Assembly (NCBI GenBank): GCA_903813345.2
Contig: CAIIXF020000001.1
Coordinates: 38,626,001 to 38,690,000 of the forward strand
Direction of reading: 5' to 3'
Source of the DNA: Owenia fusiformis
Taxonomy: Eukaryota
DNA: 64,000 nucleotides
In this document: positions 63,055-64,000 of the stretch, in pieces
How the letters are laid out: every line of letters starts with the position of its first letter
Position numbering within the stretch: position 1 is the first letter of the stretch
Program-made: the position numbers and the translations under genes
The notes under the pieces: model-generated
Told to the model about the DNA's origin: nothing
The model's input: the letters and a program-made list of their open reading frames with translations, nothing else
Database searches by the model: none

Positions 63055-63472
63055 CTATTATCCTACACTTTGTGTACTAAATGTATAATAACATGAAAAA
63101 ATAAATTTGATATTTATTGGCAAAATGAATATCCGGAGGATATCGTAACGATATACTCTGGGCGGAGGATATCGTGACGATATACTCCAGAAAACCCAAT
63201 ATGCGGAGGATATTGTGACGATATATTCCGCTTGTTGATTTCCCGCCAAATGCACTCTGTTTGGCATGAAATTCATTTTACAATGATGTTATACATTCAG
63301 TACACTCCTTGTAAGTGTAGGATAATAAGAACATCCTATGATTTTTTATCAGAATATCATTTTAATCTACTCGGTGATATTGATATATGCACTTGTTCGC
63401 TTCGCTCTCTCGTGCAGATATCAATATCACCTCGTAGATAAAAATGATATTCCTCAAAATCATAGGATATCC
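63055..63472. mobile_element. Double-hairpin non-autonomous element, possibly Crypton-type
   Basis: Two abutting inverted-repeat pairs (about 63057-63326 and 63333-63468); internal GGAGGATATCGTGACGATATA direct repeats; no TSD seen. Confidence 0.5.
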
Positions 63473-63904
63473 TATAATTATATATATATTAACTCAATTG
63501 GACAAGAACAACTGAGATATGCCCACTCTGCACTATGCTTTTCAAATTATCTTAAGATAAGAATTTATCCGAATATGTCAAAAATCTCGATATATTTGAA
63601 ATATACCTTTATCTAAAAGTTTTGAATTATGACATCACAAGTACAATGATATTACTAATACATATAAGTGTTGTACAACATGTCCTAAATCATGTATTTA
63701 CACAAAATAGTTTATTCTGTAACTACTATCGGCTACAAAAGCGCATGATATGTACTTGTGTGAATTATGTCAAAATCACCAAAAATCAAGCGTTTCTATT
63801 TATATGACATCACAATGAGCCCAAAACCCCAGAAAATATGTATTTTCAACAAGTTTGTTAAATTACCTTTACAATGAAACTTTAAACATGATATGTGGTC
63901 AAAG

Positions 63905-64000
63905 CTTACTCACTTCGAGAGCCATGTTAGATTTTGAAACTTATGGCTCTCAAACGGAGAAGTGAACAGCTGATCAATAGTGACCTTTGAAATTGAATTA
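63905..64000. mobile_element. Second copy of the 1439-2037 MITE, opposite orientation, cut by the window edge
   Basis: Reverse complement of about 1942-2037. Confidence 0.9.

Overview
AT-rich eukaryotic genomic DNA with spliceosomal GT-AG signals and dense DNA-transposon content, most consistent with an invertebrate animal; the species cannot be determined from the sequence. Two host genes are recognisable and divergently oriented: the first coding exon of a TBC1D2/2B-like PH-domain Rab-GAP (minus, 810-1195) and a multiple-cysteine-cluster Toll-like receptor with an intronless CDS (plus, 12752-16546). Three minus-strand exons at about 20-21 kb join in frame and suggest a third, unidentified gene. 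The rest is mostly transposable elements, many nested and with exact target-site duplications (TSDs). These include a 4.6 kb Foldback-type element forming a three-level palindrome (24799-29413), a Transib/RAG-like non-autonomous element (35612-37760), an Academ-like element, a family of about 80-bp micro-MITEs, and a 12.2 kb Mutator-like shell (40361-52524). That shell carries a SINE, a LINE 3' end, two MITEs and a complete tyrosine-recombinase (PAT/DIRS-group) retrotransposon (42933-49424). The retrotransposon is the most unusual object. Its gag-position ORF is split by phase-compatible GT-AG introns, and its pol frame starts at a splice acceptor. Its split direct repeats are perfectly identical although the ORFs are ruined, and the B/A junction forms a lox/att-like palindrome.
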